This document shows positions 59,890 to 64,000 of a stretch of DNA of 64,000 bases, piece by piece. Position numbers and translations under genes: made by a program. Each line of letters starts with the position of its first letter. The stretch's first letter is position 1. The notes beneath the pieces were generated by a model. It searched no databases, was not told the origin of the DNA, and saw only the letters and a list, made by a program, of their open reading frames with translations. This DNA is from an uncultured Spirochaetota bacterium (GTDB lineage Bacteria; Spirochaetota; Spirochaetia; SZUA-6; Fen-1364), in the NCBI GenBank assembly GCA_963734545.1, contig CAVTHO010000008.1, positions 256,001 through 320,000 on the forward strand, written 5' to 3'.

Positions 59890-62055
59890 ATGAGAGGCCG
59901 CGGCTCCGCGATGCACCCCGCCCCCGCGTTGCTTCTCATGCTGTTCCTTGTCCTCGCGGCCTCGCCGGCTCCCGCTGAGGACTGGGTCTTCACCGCTTCT
60001 CCGCTGTACTCGCTTCCGATCGGCGCCCAGGAGGGCGTGTTCACGCCCCTCTCGCTCGGCGGCACTCTATCCGCCTCCCTGCCGTTCGCACTGTTCGGCC
60101 TCTCCTGGCTTACTCCCGAGGTCGGCCTGGGTTATGTGTACTCCGGCCTCAGCGTGACCTCCAGCTCGCTTTCCGCCCTGGAGATCCAGGCCGGGCTGAC
60201 TGGCCGTTTCCCCATGGCCGCCTGGGTCGATCTTCAGGCCCTGCTCGCCGCTCGCCTTGGCTACTACCTGCTCAGCGCGGACCCGCAGTCCACCAACGGG
60301 GCCTCCCCGGGGGTAGAGGCAGGGCTTGGCGCGGATTTCCATTTGACCCCGACGTTTTCCCTGGGGGTCGGCGCTCAGGGTGTCTATGACTTCGGCATGT
60401 ACTTCTTTGTCCGCCCCTATCTATCAGCCTCGCTCCGCATAGGGGGAGGCGCGGCGCAGGGAACCGCGGCGCCGAGGCAGGAGGCCCCCCCTGCCAAGCC
60501 CGCCCCGCTCACCGGAGAAAACGCGCAGAAACCGCAGCCTGCCGCAATGGAAGGTGACGCGGTGGAAGTTACGGTAGACGGCGTGTTCCCTGTTTTCTAC
60601 AAGTACTATGAGAATCATCCGTTCGGAACCGTCACGGTGTCGAATCGAGGGAAGAGCCGGTGGACCGATGTAAAGGTCACGTTCTCCGTCAAACAGTTCA
60701 TGGACCTCGAGACAACGCTGCCTGTTGTTGCTTCGATCGACCCGGGCAAGGCGGTCAAGCTCGATCTTGTCACGCTGTTCAACGACAGCATCCTTTCTGT
60801 CACCGAGGCCACGAAGATCACCGGGGAGCTTCTGGTCGAGTACAGGGAGAACGGCAAGACGGCGCAGCTGAACCGTTCCGTGTCGCTGCGCGTCTACGAT
60901 CGTAACGCCATGACCTGGGCCGACGATCGTCGTGCCGCGGCTTTCGTCACGGCAAAGGATCCGGCGATCCTCACGTTCGCCAAGAGCCTTGCCGGAGACG
61001 TGAGCGCAAGCAGGAATCCGGCCATAAGCGACAAGCTGCAGGTGGCGGCAGCCGTGCATGAGGCCCTGATCATCTATGGGGTCAACTATGTCCGCGATCC
61101 GACCGGCATCTTTTCCGGCGCCAAGGGCAAGGACGAGGTGGACTTCCTGCAGTTCCCCCGGCAGACACTCGAGTACCGCGCGGGCGATTGCGACGATCTC
61201 TCGATCCTGTACAGCGCCTTCTTCGAAGCGGTGGGCATCGAGTCGGCATTCGTCACGGTTCCCGGTCACATTTTCGTTGCGGTCTCCCTGGACATGACTC
61301 CCGAGGAGGCAAAGGGGCGCTTTGGCAGATTCGATGACCTGATTTCCCGCGAGGGGAAGACCTGGCTCCCCATCGAGATTACCATGCGCAAAGGCGGATT
61401 TCTCGCCGCATGGACCGAAGGCGCCAGGGAGTGGCGCGAGAGCTCGGCGCGCGGTCAGGCTGCATTCTCTCCCGTGCGCAGCGCGTGGGAGCTCTATGAG
61501 CCGGTGGCATTGCCCGGTTCCTCGAACATCCCTCCGCTGCAGAACGCAAAGGCTATTGATGCCATGAAGGCCGACGTCGAGAGTTTCGTCTCCTCCGAAA
61601 TCGCCGAACGCGTGGCAAGACTGCAGGCCGACAGCAGGAAGGCCCAGAGTGCGTCGAAGGCGATCAATGGGCTCGGCATCCTTTATGCGCAGTACGGTCT
61701 GTATGACAAGGCCGCTGCACAGTTCAAGAGCGTTCTGTCGAAAGTGGAATACGTCCCGTCTCTCGTGAATCTCGGCTACATCTACAAGGCCCGCGGGGAC
61801 AGCGAGGCTGCTCTCGCCTACTTCGATCGCGCCTTCAAGAAGGCGCCGACCAGCGTGCCCGTCCTGCTCGCTGAGGCGACAATCAATCACGAGATGGAGA
61901 ACTATGGTGCGGTAAGGAAATACTACCTGGAGCTCAAGAGGCGCGATCCCGCGCTTGCCGACCGCTATGCGTATCTGGACTTGCGAGGGAGCGAGGGTGC
62001 AAAGGCCGCCGATGCTGCGGGCCTCAGGAACATGATCGATTGGGTGGAGGAATAG
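59890..62055 (+). CDS. Exported protein: beta-barrel-like N-domain, transglutaminase-like domain, C-terminal TPRs (start may be 59824 or 59911)
   Basis: Signal peptide; amphipathic beta strands; DFLQFPRQTL..GDCDD, PGHIF, WLPIE; NGLGILYAQYG and NLGYIY TPRs. Confidence 0.78.
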   Translation: MRGRGSAMHPAPALLLMLFLVLAASPAPAEDWVFTASPLYSLPIGAQEGVFTPLSLGGTLSASLPFALFGLSWLTPEVGLGYVYSGLSVTSSSLSALEIQAGLTGRFPMAAWVDLQALLAARLGYYLLSADPQSTNGASPGVEAGLGADFHLTPTFSLGVGAQGVYDFGMYFFVRPYLSASLRIGGGAAQGTAAPRQEAPPAKPAPLTGENAQKPQPAAMEGDAVEVTVDGVFPVFYKYYENHPFGTVTVSNRGKSRWTDVKVTFSVKQFMDLETTLPVVASIDPGKAVKLDLVTLFNDSILSVTEATKITGELLVEYRENGKTAQLNRSVSLRVYDRNAMTWADDRRAAAFVTAKDPAILTFAKSLAGDVSASRNPAISDKLQVAAAVHEALIIYGVNYVRDPTGIFSGAKGKDEVDFLQFPRQTLEYRAGDCDDLSILYSAFFEAVGIESAFVTVPGHIFVAVSLDMTPEEAKGRFGRFDDLISREGKTWLPIEITMRKGGFLAAWTEGAREWRESSARGQAAFSPVRSAWELYEPVALPGSSNIPPLQNAKAIDAMKADVESFVSSEIAERVARLQADSRKAQSASKAINGLGILYAQYGLYDKAAAQFKSVLSKVEYVPSLVNLGYIYKARGDSEAALAYFDRAFKKAPTSVPVLLAEATINHEMENYGAVRKYYLELKRRDPALADRYAYLDLRGSEGAKAADAAGLRNMIDWVEE

Positions 62056-62057
62056 TG

Positions 62058-62516
62058 ATGAAAGCAATCAGGGAAAGGAGCAGGATTCTATTCCTTGCAC
62101 TGGGGCTCGCGCTTGCCGTTTTCTTGATGGCCGGGTGCGCCAACCCGGTGGCCGATGTGCTGAATGCGGACGAATGGGGCCTGGTCGGCACGTGGGTCGC
62201 GACCAGCGGCTTCGCGGCTCCAAGCCCGAACAATTCGGCCAAGCTCATATTGAATGCCGACGGGACATTCAAGGCCGCGGACCAGAGCGGAACTATGTTC
62301 ACCACAGGGCAGTATACAATTGCGGGCGTTTCGATTAAGAAAGACACCCGGACCTATCAATTAGACTTTGTGATGAGCCCTGCGATGACCCATACCTACC
62401 AGCTGGCAAGGATCACTGACGCGACAACTTATGAGCTCAACGCCGCACCGCTCCCGCCGTACCCTTCATCGATCAATACGAGTGACCCAAATTACTTCAA
62501 GTACACGCGCAAGTGA
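62058..62516 (+). CDS. Lipoprotein (lipocalin-like LVGTW motif)
   Basis: Basic n-region, hydrophobic h-region, LMAGC lipobox. Confidence 0.75.
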   Translation: MKAIRERSRILFLALGLALAVFLMAGCANPVADVLNADEWGLVGTWVATSGFAAPSPNNSAKLILNADGTFKAADQSGTMFTTGQYTIAGVSIKKDTRTYQLDFVMSPAMTHTYQLARITDATTYELNAAPLPPYPSSINTSDPNYFKYTRK

Positions 62517-62642
62517 TCGAACGCACTTGCTCGAGCGCCAGGGCATGCACGTGCTCTTCCGTGCTGCCCCGCTCGAGCAGCAATAGCCGCAGCCCTGGCG
62601 CCGCGTTGGCGCCCGCCCAGCGCCGATCCGGCGCGCGGAACC

Positions 62643-64000
62643 CTAGCGATCGAGGATCTCGCGCACCCGGGCGGCGAGGGCTTGGCCGGTAAAGGGCTTT
62701 GTAAGCAGTTCCATCTCGCCGCCCTTCATGATGTGACTGCTGATCACGTCCCGCTGGTATCCCGACATGAACAGCACCTTCACGCCCGGCATCGTTTCAC
62801 GCAGCCGTTCCAGCAGCTCCGTCCCATTCATGCGCGGCATGACCACGTCCGTGACGAGTATATGGATGACGCCGGCGTGCTCGGCTGAAAGATGCAGGGC
62901 AAGGACGCCATCAGCGGCCTCCAGCACCGTGTAGCCGAGGGCGCGAAGGTGGCGCGAGAGCAGGGAACGGATCGCCGCCTCGTCCTCCACGAGAAGGATG
63001 GTCTCACTCCCCCCGGCAGGTTGTTCCGGCTGGGAGGTGAGCGCATCGCGCCCCAGGTCCATGCCGCGGGGAAGGTGAATCATGAACCGTGTTCCCGCGC
63101 CGGGCCGGCTGTCGACTTCGATGCTTCCGTTGTGCTGCTTCACGATGCTGTAGACGGTGGAGAGCCCCAGGCCGGTGCCCTTGTCCGGTTCCTTCGTCGT
63201 GAAAAACGGGTCGAAGATCTTCCCCACCGTTTCCGCGTCCATGCCGGCTCCCGTGTCGCTGACGGTGAGCAGGATATAGCGGCCGGGCGGGAGATCCTTC
63301 TGGCGCCTCGCGAATGCGCCGCTCAGGAGCACCTCGGTCGTGGCAACGGTAAGCCGCCCTTCTCGGGGTATCGCGTCCTGCGCGTTGAGCGCGAGATTCA
63401 GCAGCACCTCTTCCATCCGTCCGGAGTCGGCAGTGACCGGGCAGGGGGAGGCGAAGAGCTGATAGTCGATGGTGATGTTCTCCCGAAGCGCATGGCGCAG
63501 CATCGAGCTGCTGTCCCGCACGACCTTGTTGAGGTCCAGGGGCTTCAGCTCGAACGCCTGCCTCCTGCCCAGGGCAAGGAGCTGGCTGATGAGGTCACGC
63601 GAGCGGTAGCCGGCCTTCGTGATCTCGCGCACCGAGGACGCGGAGTCGAGGTCCTCCGGCAGAGTCTCCCGCAGCAGCTCCGCATGACCGATGATGACAG
63701 TGAGAAGGTTGTTGAAATTGTGGGCCAGACCGCCGGCGAGGATCCCCAGGCTTTCCAGCCTCTGCGAGGAGGCGATGCGGCGCTCGAGGTCCAGCCTCTC
63801 CGCCTCGGCGCGCTTGCGCTCCGTGATGTCGACGAGGGATCCCTCCAGGATCCCCGGCCCGGCGAACAGCTTCAGCGATTGCAGACAGCTGCGCACCTCT
63901 CCCCGCGCGTTCAGAAGCCGGCATTCGTAGTTCGTCACCCCGCCATCGCGGGCCAGCATGCCTTGCATCTCCTCGCGCTCGCGCGGATCCGCCCAGAGGC
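62643..64000 (-). CDS. Hybrid sensor kinase (PAS-HisKA-HATPase-REC); 5' truncated
   Basis: LAHNFNNLL H-box, NLALNAQDA, DTGAGM, FDPFFTTK, GTGLGL, LVEDE..TDVVMP..KPF. Confidence 0.93.
   Translation of the reverse strand, partial: LWADPREREEMQGMLARDGGVTNYECRLLNARGEVRSCLQSLKLFAGPGILEGSLVDITERKRAEAERLDLERRIASSQRLESLGILAGGLAHNFNNLLTVIIGHAELLRETLPEDLDSASSVREITKAGYRSRDLISQLLALGRRQAFELKPLDLNKVVRDSSSMLRHALRENITIDYQLFASPCPVTADSGRMEEVLLNLALNAQDAIPREGRLTVATTEVLLSGAFARRQKDLPPGRYILLTVSDTGAGMDAETVGKIFDPFFTTKEPDKGTGLGLSTVYSIVKQHNGSIEVDSRPGAGTRFMIHLPRGMDLGRDALTSQPEQPAGGSETILLVEDEAAIRSLLSRHLRALGYTVLEAADGVLALHLSAEHAGVIHILVTDVVMPRMNGTELLERLRETMPGVKVLFMSGYQRDVISSHIMKGGEMELLTKPFTGQALAARVREILDR

Overview
High-GC bacterial chromosome segment. 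Gene content (degenerate SDR, large-N-terminus GGDEF protein, TPR/transglutaminase-like envelope protein) suggests a free-living Spirochaetia-like organism; this is inference. Order: corrinoid activator (RACo-like, 5' truncated), nadE, hypotheticals, radA, a Phd-VapC toxin-antitoxin pair, a DeoR-linked sugar/polyol locus with araA, hemerythrin, a MoxR-DUF58-VWA membrane cluster, a kamA/ATP-grasp/GNAT operon, hflX, a diguanylate cyclase, Sfp PPTase plus FabF, an acyltransferase-3, a nine-gene lipid operon, add, DUF72, a phosphomannomutase-phosphomannose isomerase fusion converging on manC, a sigma54-driven orphan P-II, a PLP decarboxylase and a hybrid histidine kinase (5' truncated). The best candidate for an undescribed system is the operon at 41793-49548. 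It combines a polyketide beta-branching cassette (HMG synthase, ECH1, ECH2, AcpK-like ACP, PksF-like KS) with discrete FabG, FabL-like and FabZ-like enzymes and a serine-palmitoyltransferase-family enzyme, with no modular PKS in the window. It is a candidate route to methyl-branched sphingoid or amino-ketone lipids. Other notable items are a promoter-driven structured orphan RNA at about 30094-30212 and a repeated-tetraloop leader ahead of the lipid operon. Many genes between about 11.5 and 33.6 kb, and at about 46.36 and 50.46 kb, carry single-base indels that look like sequencing errors, so several coordinates span frameshifts. No CRISPR array, rRNA, tRNA or transposase was recognised. All calls come from reading motifs by eye; no searches were run.
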